A stretch of DNA of 36,024 nt from a virus (taxonomy: Duplodnaviria; Heunggongvirae; Uroviricota; Caudoviricetes). Every line of letters begins with the position of its first letter. Within the stretch, counting starts at the first letter, position 1. A program made the translations under genes and the position numbers. The stretch lies in the IMG/VR virus record IMGVR_UViG_2778261396_000003; one strand, 5' to 3'. Of the stretch, positions 1 to 9,409 are shown piece by piece. The notes beneath the pieces were generated by a model. The model was not told the DNA's origin, ran no database searches, and worked only from the letters and a program-made list of their open reading frames with translations.

Positions 1-1032
1 TCAAAAACTTGCTATTGATGTTGGTAGTGTTGCCAGCGGATTAAACCGTAATGCAGTTTCCAGGTGATCCGGTGCCAGATGTGCGTAACGCATAGTCATT
101 TTTATGTCGTGATGTCCGAGGATTTTTTGCAAAGCAAGGATATTTCCACCCGACATCATAAAATGCGCCGCAAACGTATGGCGCAGAACGTGTGTCAGTT
201 GACCGCGAGGGAGCACGATAGACGTTTTTTCCATCACGGATAAAAATTGAAAATAGCAGTCTGTGAAGAAATTGAACCCATCAAGCGCCATGATCTCTTC
301 GTAAAGCTCTTTACTGATAGGGATGCTTCTGTTTTTCTTCCCCTTCGTTCTTACAAAGGTAATTCGGTATTTGGTCACCTGTGAGCGGGTAAGATTTACG
401 GCTTCACGCCAGCGTGCGCCTGTGCTTAAGCATATCTTAACTACCAGTGCCAGAATTGGGTCCTGACGTTTGCAATCAGCCAGCAATTCAACAATCTGCT
501 CATGGGTAAGCCATGCCATCTCTTTTTCTGCGATGGTGAATTTTCGCATGTTCTCCAGTGGGTTCGGATACGACCATTCGCCCAGACGGGATAGTTCGCT
601 AAAAACACTACTTAGATAGCTTTGCTCCAGGTTAATGGTGACCGGGCTTGCTCCTTTCTTCCATTTCTCGCTGAAGTAGATCTCGCCTGTCAGGCGTTTA
701 TCTCGATAGTGGGCAAACATTTTAGAGGTGAGATCGGTTGCAAGAGGATTGCCCAGAGCGTCAACCATCAACAGCAATTTGTCATAGACATGCTGCCCAG
801 CTGTCAGAGATTTACCATGTAGTTTGAACCATAGCTCAACCACGTCTTTCAGTGTTCGACGATCCACTGATTCACCCAGCCAGGGCTTTGCTTCGGTTTC
901 TTCCATCGTGTGGCGCTCAAAAGCCAGTGCTTCGCCTTTGGTAGCGAATTGTTTACGCACACGACGCCCACTTCGTCCGGCGGGGTAACATTCGCAAAGC
1001 CATTTCCCTGTGGTTAGTTTTCGTACTGCCAT
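1..1032 (-). CDS. int: Tyrosine integrase (phage integrase family), 343 aa
   Basis: C-terminal catalytic region HVLRHTFAAHF...ILALQKILGHHDIKMTMRYAHL (R/H-x-x-R...Y pattern); positioned at the prophage edge as in P2/186. Confidence 0.9.
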   Translation of the reverse strand: MAVRKLTTGKWLCECYPAGRSGRRVRKQFATKGEALAFERHTMEETEAKPWLGESVDRRTLKDVVELWFKLHGKSLTAGQHVYDKLLLMVDALGNPLATDLTSKMFAHYRDKRLTGEIYFSEKWKKGASPVTINLEQSYLSSVFSELSRLGEWSYPNPLENMRKFTIAEKEMAWLTHEQIVELLADCKRQDPILALVVKICLSTGARWREAVNLTRSQVTKYRITFVRTKGKKNRSIPISKELYEEIMALDGFNFFTDCYFQFLSVMEKTSIVLPRGQLTHVLRHTFAAHFMMSGGNILALQKILGHHDIKMTMRYAHLAPDHLETALRFNPLATLPTSIASF

Positions 1033-1114
1033 AAAAAGCCCTCATATCAGAGGGCTAAATTTAACTGTATATGTAACCAGTAATCAATGTGTGATTACTA
1101 TGAAACATACATTG

Positions 1115-2791
1115 CTAAGCAACATGTAGTTCATCGTTGGCGGAAGTGGCTGCTTTGCGCTCCTGCTCAATAGCTAGAGACTCTCTATATTCTTTCGCCT
1201 CTGCAAACATTGTCCAGTGGGCGTTGATGTTCATGTCTTCAATAACTGATTTGATTTCTTTTAAATTTACGTTAAAAAACTCTTTTCGTGAGTTAATTTT
1301 ATTGACCTGCTTTTCGTTGAAAACTTTATGCAGATGGTTTTCTAATGATGGTGCATCATCACTATAAATCATCGCATGAACATCGAACGAAAAAGGAACA
1401 CTAGCATCTCCGAGTTCACGAACACGATCAAGTGGTTCAAGGCGGCGTGTCATTCCAATTTTATATACATCTTCGCCAAATGAACCAATATTACTAATGA
1501 TATAGACGTGGCCTGATCTGGTTTGTTGAGCCATAGAAATAGCTCGTTGATTTTTAGCTTCAGCTTCTTCATATTTTAACTGTAGTTCAGCTATTTTTTG
1601 CTCTAAAGCTAAGCGTTGTTCTTCATTTGCAAGCATAAGTTCTTTCGTTGCTTTATTTATAGCTTGCTGAATAGCTTTTTCTTCTTTTTCAGCTTCTTTT
1701 ATCGCTTTTTCATATTCTCTACGAGCTCTTTCCTCTTCACGAAGCTGTTCTTTAATCCTTCTTTGCTCTTCTTTTTCTTCGAGCATAATTTCATTAACTG
1801 CTACACCCCATTTTAGCTCGTTGAGTCTTGCCTGAAGATAGATGTCACTTATTTTTGCGGACCTAAAGGCAGAGCCATTGTAATTTACTAGTTGAAATGC
1901 ATCTTTTATTTCTTGGGAAAGTTTTCCAAAATTGTTGTGTTTGACTTTTGATAAAATACTGTCAACTCTTCCATTGAAGGCATCCAAAACAAAGTTTATG
2001 GCAGTATTACGCCTCTTTTGCTCAACATAATCACACGAAGCAGCTTTATTAGTTTTTATTAATGATTTGGTTAACTCTCTGGCTTTTTGTAATTCCTTGC
2101 CTGCATCTGTAAATTCATAATTTTCTGCCAGCTCATCAAGTACACTACGGTTAGGGATGATCCATTCATCACCATAACCTTCAATTTTATTTTTCATTGA
2201 TTTTGCAACTGCTTCATATTTTTCTGCAAACTCTTTAGCTTCATATGCTGAACCAGCAATCTCCTTTGCTCTTTCTTCTGCATCAGAAATAATTTTTACT
2301 GCATTGTCATTAGCATTTGAGATTAGCTCATTTGCTTTATTATTAGCATTATCAAGACGTTCTTTGGCTTTCAGGCGTGCATCGCGAGCGTCTTTGGTGA
2401 TTGCTATAGCTTCGCTATTAGCGTTGCTTATTGTCATCTGAGCTTGATAATTTGCTTCGTTTACTGTTTTAGCCGCCTTAATTTGGGCTTCATCTATTTT
2501 TTGCTTGGCTATTGAGTCCGCATTTTTTATCTTATTCTCTGCATCCATTACTGCGCTGTGCAATTCTTCGTATTGCCACAATGGTGCTGCTCGCCCTTCA
2601 AGCTCTGATAATTCTCGTACGGTCTGTGCTAGTTTTTCTTGATTTTCAATCAGTTGGTTAGAAAGGGCTATGTTGTTAGCTGTCAGGTTATCTATAGCCG
2701 CTTTGTGTTTTTTACTTTGTTTAAATAATATTACAGCTAGAACAGGGGCGAGAAATGCTAATAAGAGTATAACGATGGCAAATGAATTCAT
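1115..2791 (-). CDS. Membrane-anchored coiled-coil protein with DUF4041-like middle region and C-terminal T5orf172/GIY-YIG-like domain (558 aa); candidate prophage-encoded exclusion/defence protein
   Basis: N-terminal hydrophobic segment FAIVILLLAFLAPVLAVILF; long A/K/E/N-rich heptad-like region; C-terminal HVYIISNIGSFGEDVYKIGMTRRLEPLDRVRELG...PFSFDVHAMIYS resembles GIY-YIG/T5orf172. Sampled GC ~33% against ~50% in core genes; only 20 bp from cI stop, same strand. Confidence 0.7.
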   Translation of the reverse strand: MNSFAIVILLLAFLAPVLAVILFKQSKKHKAAIDNLTANNIALSNQLIENQEKLAQTVRELSELEGRAAPLWQYEELHSAVMDAENKIKNADSIAKQKIDEAQIKAAKTVNEANYQAQMTISNANSEAIAITKDARDARLKAKERLDNANNKANELISNANDNAVKIISDAEERAKEIAGSAYEAKEFAEKYEAVAKSMKNKIEGYGDEWIIPNRSVLDELAENYEFTDAGKELQKARELTKSLIKTNKAASCDYVEQKRRNTAINFVLDAFNGRVDSILSKVKHNNFGKLSQEIKDAFQLVNYNGSAFRSAKISDIYLQARLNELKWGVAVNEIMLEEKEEQRRIKEQLREEERARREYEKAIKEAEKEEKAIQQAINKATKELMLANEEQRLALEQKIAELQLKYEEAEAKNQRAISMAQQTRSGHVYIISNIGSFGEDVYKIGMTRRLEPLDRVRELGDASVPFSFDVHAMIYSDDAPSLENHLHKVFNEKQVNKINSRKEFFNVNLKEIKSVIEDMNINAHWTMFAEAKEYRESLAIEQERKAATSANDELHVA

Positions 2792-2811
2792 TTTAAAATC
2801 CTTTTACTATA

Positions 2812-3408
2812 TTAATTCGAGACTATTGTACTTCTTATACAAGCAACCACTTCAATATCAGAAAATGCACATTCAAAGCTATTCTCTGCTGTTGTAATTT
2901 TAATCATTCCTTTAGGAAGCCTTGTGATTTTTCGAATGGAATAGGTTCCGTCGATATTGATTAACCAGTTTCCATCAAGTACTTCAGAAAATTTTTGATC
3001 ACAAATGTATGTGACGAGTCCATCCTGAACAACAATTGGTGATGAAAGGTTTGCAGGAAGAAATGATGAATCGAAGACATATGAACCGTCTTCAATCATT
3101 TTGCCAGCGGCAAGGCGAAACTTAACAAGCTCTTCTGTAGCTGCTGTCAGCGAGCTTTGCTTAAGGCCTTGTCCGGTAGTTAACCATTTGAGGGAGGTTC
3201 CTGTTTCAAGAGCACATTGGATTATCCAGTCAGCAGGAAATGTATCCCGCAAATACCTGTTCGCTAGTGTGCTTTTTGATACTTCCAAGTGATCAGCTAA
3301 AGCCTGTCGTGTCGTAAAGCCATAGGCTTCGACTAATCGCTCAATCGCAGCCTTACCACCTTTATTGGGATTTATTTTGATCTCACTTGGGTACTTTGAT
3401 GTTGACAT
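2812..3408 (-). CDS. cI: Phage 186-type CI immunity repressor (198 aa)
   Basis: HTH-like segment EAYGFTTRQALADHLEVSKSTLANRY, then CALETG..LKWLTTGQG and DGNWLINIDG motifs recalled from 186 CI; divergent from the early operon. Confidence 0.8.
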   Translation of the reverse strand: MSTSKYPSEIKINPNKGGKAAIERLVEAYGFTTRQALADHLEVSKSTLANRYLRDTFPADWIIQCALETGTSLKWLTTGQGLKQSSLTAATEELVKFRLAAGKMIEDGSYVFDSSFLPANLSSPIVVQDGLVTYICDQKFSEVLDGNWLINIDGTYSIRKITRLPKGMIKITTAENSFECAFSDIEVVACIRSTIVSN

Positions 3409-3453
3409 ATCTCTTTTGCGATCCTAGTATCAGTTTTGTACCCAATTGGGTAC
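3387..3453 (+). promoter_or_regulatory. Early lytic promoter pR with CI operator elements: -35 TTGACA (3402-3407), -10 TAGTAT (3424-3429), perfect 16-bp palindrome GTACCCAATTGGGTAC (3438-3453), extra half-site TTGGGTAC (3387-3394)
   Basis: Consensus-like sigma70 hexamers with 16-bp spacer immediately upstream of apl; palindrome and repeated half-site read directly from the sequence. Confidence 0.6.
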
Positions 3454-3503
3454 TTGTCACGATTACTACAGGCTCACCACAAGCCAATAGGAGATGTTGC
3501 ATC

Positions 3504-3725
3504 ATGACCCCTAACATTTCAATAACTCTGAATACGCCACACGTCACAATCGAGCGTTATAGCGAACTTACTGGTCTTTCAATCGACACAATCAACGATA
3601 TGTTGGCGGATGGTCGCATTCCTCGGCATCGTCTTCGTAAAGACAAGAAAAGAGAAAAGGTAATGATCAACCTTGCTGCTCTTACCGTTGATGCACTTAC
3701 TGATTGCAATGTTGTATTCAACTAG
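3504..3725 (+). CDS. apl: Apl/Cox-like excisionase and transcriptional regulator (73 aa)
   Basis: First gene after pR; internal ATG at 3504 preceded by AGGAG; HTH-like [22 protein letters not shown]. The ORF-track start at 3387 would run through the promoter, so it was trimmed. Confidence 0.6.
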   Translation: MTPNISITLNTPHVTIERYSELTGLSIDTINDMLADGRIPRHRLRKDKKREKVMINLAALTVDALTDCNVVFN

Positions 3726-3757
3726 TTCCATTTTGGGATACATCAGAGGTGTCGACC

Positions 3758-4267
3758 ATGTTTGATTACCAAGTTTCCAAACATCCACATTTTGATGAAG
3801 CCTGTCGTGCATTCGCACTGCGCCACAATCTGGTGCAACTGGCAGAACGTGCGGGCATGAATGTGCAGATTCTGCGGAACAAGCTGAACCCAGCTCAACC
3901 TCATTTATTAACCGCACCAGAAATCTGGCTGCTTACCGATCTGACTGAAGATTCAACGTTGGTAGATGGTTTTCTGGCACAGATTCATTGTCTGCCATGT
4001 GTACCGATTAATGAGGTAGCAAAAGAGAAACTGCCGCATTACGTCATGAGCGCAACTGCAGAGATCGGGCGTGTTGCAGCAGGTGCGGTATCTGGTGATG
4101 TAAAAACTAGTGCCGGTCGTCGTGATGCTATCAGCAGCATTAACTCTGTAACACGACTGATGGCGCTGGCTGCTGTTTCATTGCAAGCCCGTTTACAGGC
4201 TAATCCTGCGATGGCGAGTGCAGTTGATACCATGACTGGCCTTGGTGCTTCATTCGGTTTGCTGTGA
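3758..4267 (+). CDS. cII: 186 CII-like lysogeny establishment regulator (169 aa)
   Basis: [45 protein letters not shown]... closely resembles 186 CII as recalled; ATG 3758 preceded by GAGGTG. Confidence 0.75.
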   Translation: MFDYQVSKHPHFDEACRAFALRHNLVQLAERAGMNVQILRNKLNPAQPHLLTAPEIWLLTDLTEDSTLVDGFLAQIHCLPCVPINEVAKEKLPHYVMSATAEIGRVAAGAVSGDVKTSAGRRDAISSINSVTRLMALAAVSLQARLQANPAMASAVDTMTGLGASFGLL

Positions 4268-4274
4268 GGTGTTT

Positions 4275-4571
4275 ATGCTGACGAAAGAACCATCATTTGC
4301 ATCGCTGCTGGTAAAACAAAGCCCGGCAATGCACTACGGTCACGGCTGGATCACGGGTGAGGATGGAAAACGCTGGCATCCATGTCATTCACAAGATGAA
4401 TTGCTGTCTGAATTGACCACGAGGAAACGGAGAAAGTCCAAATGTATGCGGCAGAAAGTGAAGTGGTTTATCAGTTTCGTTACAGAGGGGAGAGTTATTC
4501 AGTACCTGAAGATGATTTGCTCTGTTGCTATCCGTCATTGTCGGGCGATGGCAGTTACTTTTTCACGTTAA
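4275..4571 (+). CDS. Hypothetical early protein (98 aa as drawn); C-terminal third looks like out-of-frame read-through
   Basis: ATG 4275 preceded by GAGGTG; K/R/C-rich tail overlaps the next ORF in another frame. Confidence 0.3.
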   Translation: MLTKEPSFASLLVKQSPAMHYGHGWITGEDGKRWHPCHSQDELLSELTTRKRRKSKCMRQKVKWFISFVTEGRVIQYLKMICSVAIRHCRAMAVTFSR

Positions 4572-4666
4572 AGGATGGGACGTTTTTACGGGGAGAGCAG
4601 GTTAAAGAGACGATACGAAAAAATGTATCTCCTCTTGAGCGTTACCGTAAGAACAAAGAACGATAG
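4442..4666 (+). CDS. Hypothetical early protein (74 aa)
   Basis: Protein-like translation MYAAESEVVYQFRYRGESYSVPEDD...; overlaps the 3' end of the preceding ORF in +1 frame. Confidence 0.4.
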   Translation: MYAAESEVVYQFRYRGESYSVPEDDLLCCYPSLSGDGSYFFTLKDGTFLRGEQVKETIRKNVSPLERYRKNKER

Positions 4667-4688
4667 CTGCGTTTGGGGGATATGAAGT

Positions 4689-5030
4689 ATGGCAATTAAT
4701 GGCGCTGCAGCAACTGTTCCATTAAGCCCCGGTGAACGCCTGAATGGACTTAATCACATTGCGGAGTTAAGGGCGAAAGTTTTTGGCCTGAATATTGAGT
4801 CAGAGCTTGAGCGGTTTATTAAAGATATGCGTGATCCACGGGATATCAATAATGAACAAAATAAACGGGCACTGGCTGCCATATTCTTTATGGCAAAAAT
4901 TCCAGCTGAACGTCATAGCATCAGCATTAATGAGCTGACCACTGACGAAAAGCGGGAGCTGATTAAAGCAATGAATCATTTTCGTGCAGTGGTGAGCTTA
5001 TTTCCCAGACGGCTAACCATGCCGAATTAA
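4689..5030 (+). CDS. Hypothetical early-operon protein (113 aa)
   Basis: Intact ORF co-oriented in early operon; no family recognised. Confidence 0.5.
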   Translation: MAINGAAATVPLSPGERLNGLNHIAELRAKVFGLNIESELERFIKDMRDPRDINNEQNKRALAAIFFMAKIPAERHSISINELTTDEKRELIKAMNHFRAVVSLFPRRLTMPN

Positions 5031-5097
5031 CCAACTAATGAAATTAATGGCGTAAACCCGCCGGGCATCCCTTTATCTAAATTCAGGAGAATTGATT

Positions 5098-5331
5098 ATG
5101 CGTAATATTGAAACCCTCACGACTAAAACCGGACCGGATGACGCAGGGCTTAATATTTTACTGACAGAGGCTCGTCTGGAAGAACGCCGGGCAAGGGCTG
5201 AAGCAATGGCTGCTCGCCTTGATAGCCTGGCGTGTCATATCTCATCCCGCCAGCTAAACCACGTGGAAGCGGCAGAACTGCTGCGCGTGACTGCTGAAGC
5301 AATCCAGAACGAAGCGCAGGAGATCCACTAA
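5098..5331 (+). CDS. Hypothetical early-operon protein (77 aa)
   Basis: ATG 5098 preceded by AGGAGA (the ORF-track start at 5092 is TTG). Confidence 0.5.
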   Translation: MRNIETLTTKTGPDDAGLNILLTEARLEERRARAEAMAARLDSLACHISSRQLNHVEAAELLRVTAEAIQNEAQEIH

Positions 5332-5558
5332 TGGCTGATGCAATGGATCTCGTACAGCAGCGCGTTGAAGAAGAACGCCAGCGCCATATCCGTGCAGCCC
5401 GTGCCAAATCACCGGGCGTGTCACGCGTACTTTGCATTGAATGTGAAGCGCCAATTCCGCCAGCACGACGCCGCGCCATTCCGGGAGTGCAGCTTTGCAT
5501 TACCTGTCAGGAAATCGCAGAACTGAAAGGCAAACATTACAACGGAGGTGCTGTATGA
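5331..5558 (+). CDS. TraR/DksA-family C4 zinc-finger protein (75 aa)
   Basis: CIECEAPIP...CITCQ gives a CxxC-N17-CxxC motif; start overlaps upstream stop (TAATG). Confidence 0.7.
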   Translation: MADAMDLVQQRVEEERQRHIRAARAKSPGVSRVLCIECEAPIPPARRRAIPGVQLCITCQEIAELKGKHYNGGAV

Positions 5559-6412
5559 GCACCATCCTGAAATGGGCGGGAAATAAAACCGCCATTATGC
5601 CAGAACTGAAAAAATACCTTCCTGCTGGCCCGCGACTGGTTGAACCTTTCGCGGGTTCCTGTGCTGTGATGATGGAAACGGATTATCCCAGCTATCTGGT
5701 TGCGGATATTAATCCTGATTTAATCAACCTCTATAAAAAGGTTGCCGCTGATTGTGAATCGTTTATATCTCGCGCCAGAGTTTTATTTGAGATCGCAAAC
5801 AGGGAGGTGGCTTATTACAACATAAGGCAGGAGTTTAACTGCTCAACTGAAATTACTGATTTCATGAAAGCGGTATATTTCCTGTATCTCAATCGTCACG
5901 GTTACCGTGGTTTATGTCGCTATAACAAGAGCGGGCATTTCAACATTCCCTACGGTAATTATAAAAATCCGTATTTCCCTGAAAAAGAACTTCGCACATT
6001 TGCAGAAAAAGCCCAGCGAGCAACGTTTATCTGCGCCAGCTTTGATGAAACGCTGGCGATGTTGAAGGCGGGAGATGTGGTGTATTGCGATCCGCCATAT
6101 GACGGTACGTTTTCCGGCTATCACACTGATGGTTTCACTGAAGATGACCAGTATCACCTGGCATCCGTTCTTGAACATCGGTCATCAGAAGGACATCCGG
6201 TCATTGTTTCTAACAGTGACACATCCCTGATCCGTTCGCTGTATCGCAATTTTACTCACCACTATATCAAGGTAAAACGCAGCATCGGTGTGGCAGCTGG
6301 CGAGGGTAAATCAGCAACAGAAATCATTGCTGTTTCCGGGCCGCGCTGCTGGATGGGATTTGATTATTCGCGTGGCGTGGATAGTTCTGCCGTGTACGGA
6401 GTACGTGCATGA
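5555..6412 (+). CDS. dam: Dam-type N6-adenine DNA methyltransferase, 285 aa
   Basis: N-terminal LKWAGNK, FAGSCAV (AdoMet motif) and catalytic DPPY; ATG 5555 preceded by GGAGGTG; stop overlaps A start. Confidence 0.85.
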   Translation: MSTILKWAGNKTAIMPELKKYLPAGPRLVEPFAGSCAVMMETDYPSYLVADINPDLINLYKKVAADCESFISRARVLFEIANREVAYYNIRQEFNCSTEITDFMKAVYFLYLNRHGYRGLCRYNKSGHFNIPYGNYKNPYFPEKELRTFAEKAQRATFICASFDETLAMLKAGDVVYCDPPYDGTFSGYHTDGFTEDDQYHLASVLEHRSSEGHPVIVSNSDTSLIRSLYRNFTHHYIKVKRSIGVAAGEGKSATEIIAVSGPRCWMGFDYSRGVDSSAVYGVRA

Positions 6413-8823
6413 GTCATGCCGATATGAACAACTGCTGCGGCTTTAACGAGGCTGCCGCAGCATTCTCATGGAACAGCCCGAAAAAGGCCATTAACCCTTA
6501 TCTGGACCCGGCGGAAGTTGCGCCGGTTTCTACGCTTTCAAACCTGATCACTCTGTACGCTGCCGATAACGAGCAGGAACAGTTGCGCCGCGAGGCACTG
6601 AGTGATCAGGTCTGGGAGCGTTATTTCTTTAATGAATCACGTGATCCTGTCCAGCGCGAAATGGAGCAGGATAAGCTCATTAGCCGGGCAAAGCTGGCGC
6701 ATGAGCAGCAGCGTTTTAATTCAGACATGGTCATTCTGGCGGACGTCAACGCCCAGCCTTCCCATATCAGCAAGCCGCTGATGCAACGTATTGAATACTT
6801 CAGCAGCCTGGGCAGGCCAAAGGCTTATTCCCGCTATTTACGTGAGACGATTAAGCCATGTCTGGAACGACTGGAGCATGTACGCGACAGTCAGCTATCT
6901 GCATCTTTTCGCTTTATGGCAAGCCATGAAGGGCTGGACGGCCTGCTGATCCTGCCTGAAATGAGTCAGGATCAGGTGAAACGCCTGTCCACCCTGGTAG
7001 CTGCGCATATGAGTATGTGCCTTGATGCAGCTTGTGGTGATTTGTATGCCACCGATGACGTTAAGCCAGAAGAAATCCGCAAGACATGGGAAAAGGTGGC
7101 AGCGGAAACCCTGCGTCTGGATGTCATCCCACCTGCGTTTGAGCAACTCCGTCGGAAAAGAAACCGCCGTAAACCCGTGCCCTATGAACTCATTCCGGGT
7201 TCGCTGGCGCGTATGTTGTGCGCCGACTGGTGGTATCGGAAATTATGGAAGATGCGTTGCGAATGGCGGGAAGAGCAGTTGCGCGCTGTTTGCCTGGTCA
7301 GCAAAAAAGCATCTCCTTATGTCAGCTATGAAGCCGTGATGCATAAACGTGAGCAGCGCCGTAAGTCGCTGGAGTTTTTCCGTTCTCATGAACTGGTGAA
7401 CGAAGACGGCGACACGCTGGACATGGAGGATGTGGTAAACGCCAGCAGCAGCAACCCTGCGCATCGCCGCAATGAGATGATGGCCTGTGTTAAAGGTCTG
7501 GAGCTTATCGCGGAAATGCGCGGTGACTGCGCCGTTTTTTACACTATCACCTGTCCGTCGCGTTTCCATTCCACGCTAAATAACGGCAGACCAAACCCGA
7601 CCTGGACAAACGCGACGGTAAGACAAAGCAGCGATTATCTGGTCGGCATGTTTGCTGCATTTCGTAAGGCGATGCACAAAGCCGGGTTGCGCTGGTATGG
7701 CGTGCGGGTGGCTGAGCCGCATCATGACGGCACAGTTCACTGGCACCTGTTGTGTTTCATGCGCAAAAAAGACCGCCGTGCCATTACTGCATTACTGCGT
7801 AAGTTTGCCATCCGTGAAGACCGCGAGGAGCTGGGCAATAACACTGGGCCGCGCTTTAAGTCTGAGTTGATTAACCCGCGCAAAGGAACGCCGACAAGCT
7901 ACATCGCGAAATATATCAGTAAGAACATTGACGGTCGTGGTCTGGCTGGCGAGATCAGCAAGGAAACGGGTAAATCTCTGCGTGATAACGCTGAATACGT
8001 GAATGCCTGGGCGTCTCTGCATCGTGTTCAGCAATTCCGCTTCTTTGGTATTCCGGGGCGTCAGGCTTATCGTGAACTTCGCTTGCTGGCTGGTCAGGCG
8101 GCAAGGCAACAGGGTGACAAAAAAGCAGGTGCGCCGGTACTGGATAACCCGCGTCTTGATGCCATTCTGGCTGCTGCTGATGCTGGCTGTTTTGCCACCT
8201 ACATCATGAAGCAGGGCGGCGTGCTGGTTCCCCGCAAATATCACCTTATCAGAACAGCTTATGAAATTAACGAAGAGCCGACCGCCTATGGCGATCACGG
8301 TATTCGTATTTATGGCATCTGGTCACCCATTGCAGAGGGCAAGATCTGCACTCATGCCGTGAAGTGGAAAATGGTTCGTAAGGCCGTTGACGTTCAGGAG
8401 GCGGCAGCCGACCAGGGCGCTTGCGCCCCTTGGACTCGTGGCAATAACTGTCCCCTTGCTGAAAATTTGTACCAACAAGGGAAAGACAAATCAGCTGATG
8501 GGGATACCAGAACGGATATCACCCGCATGGATGACAAGGAGTTGCACGATTACCTGCACTGTATGAACAAAAAAGAGCGCCGGGAACTGGCAGCAAGATT
8601 ACGCCTGGTTAAACCGAAACGGCGTAAAGACTACAAACAGCGAATTACAGAGCATCAGCGTCAGCAGCTCGTCTATGAACTGAAGTCCAGAGGATTTGAT
8701 GGCAGCGAGAAAGAGGTCGATTTGCTCCTTCGCGGTGGCAGTATTCCGTCAGGAGCAGGCCTGCGTATCTTCTATCGGAACCAGCGTTTGCAGGAAGATG
8801 ATAAGTGGCGGAACCTGTATTAA
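6409..8823 (+). CDS. A: P2 gpA-type rolling-circle replication initiator (HUH endonuclease), 804 aa
   Basis: HUH motif [10 protein letters not shown] and paired-tyrosine motif [13 protein letters not shown]; size and position as P2 A. Confidence 0.9.
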   Translation: MSHADMNNCCGFNEAAAAFSWNSPKKAINPYLDPAEVAPVSTLSNLITLYAADNEQEQLRREALSDQVWERYFFNESRDPVQREMEQDKLISRAKLAHEQQRFNSDMVILADVNAQPSHISKPLMQRIEYFSSLGRPKAYSRYLRETIKPCLERLEHVRDSQLSASFRFMASHEGLDGLLILPEMSQDQVKRLSTLVAAHMSMCLDAACGDLYATDDVKPEEIRKTWEKVAAETLRLDVIPPAFEQLRRKRNRRKPVPYELIPGSLARMLCADWWYRKLWKMRCEWREEQLRAVCLVSKKASPYVSYEAVMHKREQRRKSLEFFRSHELVNEDGDTLDMEDVVNASSSNPAHRRNEMMACVKGLELIAEMRGDCAVFYTITCPSRFHSTLNNGRPNPTWTNATVRQSSDYLVGMFAAFRKAMHKAGLRWYGVRVAEPHHDGTVHWHLLCFMRKKDRRAITALLRKFAIREDREELGNNTGPRFKSELINPRKGTPTSYIAKYISKNIDGRGLAGEISKETGKSLRDNAEYVNAWASLHRVQQFRFFGIPGRQAYRELRLLAGQAARQQGDKKAGAPVLDNPRLDAILAAADAGCFATYIMKQGGVLVPRKYHLIRTAYEINEEPTAYGDHGIRIYGIWSPIAEGKICTHAVKWKMVRKAVDVQEAAADQGACAPWTRGNNCPLAENLYQQGKDKSADGDTRTDITRMDDKELHDYLHCMNKKERRELAARLRLVKPKRRKDYKQRITEHQRQQLVYELKSRGFDGSEKEVDLLLRGGSIPSGAGLRIFYRNQRLQEDDKWRNLY

Positions 8824-8915
8824 TTACGCGGGTTAACAATTCGTGCTCTTAATAATACCAGGCATATCAGGCTGATGAACGTAAAAAAACGTTTTACATC
8901 AGTAAGATTATTATA

Positions 8916-8935
8916 TACTGTAAATATAAACAGTG
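8916..8935 (+). promoter_or_regulatory. LexA (SOS) box TACTGTAAATATAAACAGTG
   Basis: Matches CTGT-N8-ACAG exactly, with AT-rich spacer and flanking TA/TG as in consensus TACTGT(AT)4ACAGTA; lies just upstream of a two-gene module. Confidence 0.65.
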
Positions 8936-8976
8936 TTTATGAATACAGTATTGCTTGTGGTGTCATAGGAGGAAAG

Positions 8977-9165
8977 ATGCAGGACTATTTTTTGGAGTCT
9001 TTGAAGCTCCAGCGCATTGATTTTTTTCTTAAGCTTGTAGCGGCTAGTGAGTGTAGTGATGAAGAGAAGGGGCTGGCTCTGCAGTGGGTTTCTGAATTGA
9101 CAGATGAACTCATGGCAAAAATCAGAAGCCACGAATACAACCGCTCAATGGATGTCATCAACTGA
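8977..9165 (+). CDS. Small SOS-controlled protein (62 aa), possible Tum-like antirepressor component
   Basis: ATG 8977 preceded by AGGAGG; sits between LexA box and DinI-like gene. The ORF-track start at 8875 would place the LexA box inside the ORF. Confidence 0.45.
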   Translation: MQDYFLESLKLQRIDFFLKLVAASECSDEEKGLALQWVSELTDELMAKIRSHEYNRSMDVIN

Positions 9166-9175
9166 GGTGACTTTT

Positions 9176-9409
9176 ATGCGCATTGAAATAATGATCGATA
9201 AAGAGCAGAAGATTAGCCAGTCTATCCTGGACGCCCTTGAATCCGAGCTTTACCGCAATCTGCGCCCCCTGTATCCCAAAACGGTAATTCGTATCCGCAA
9301 AGGTAGCTCTAACGGTGTGGAACTGACCGGACTGCAACTGGACGAAGAAAGAAAACAAGTGATGAAAATTATGCAGAAGGTGTGGGAAGACGACAGCTGG
9401 CTGCATTAA
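9176..9409 (+). CDS. DinI-family protein (77 aa)
   Basis: MRIEIMIDK...ILDALESELYRNL...EERKQVMKIMQKVWEDDSW aligns by eye to E. coli DinI (MRIEVTIAK...IDALAGELSRRI...KQRISEILQETWESADDWF); ATG preceded by GAGGTGA. Confidence 0.7.
   Translation: MRIEIMIDKEQKISQSILDALESELYRNLRPLYPKTVIRIRKGSSNGVELTGLQLDEERKQVMKIMQKVWEDDSWLH

Noticed and set aside
622-822. Small plus-strand ORF inside the integrase gene
   Set aside because: Embedded antisense ORF with no start context; the integrase reading frame explains the region.
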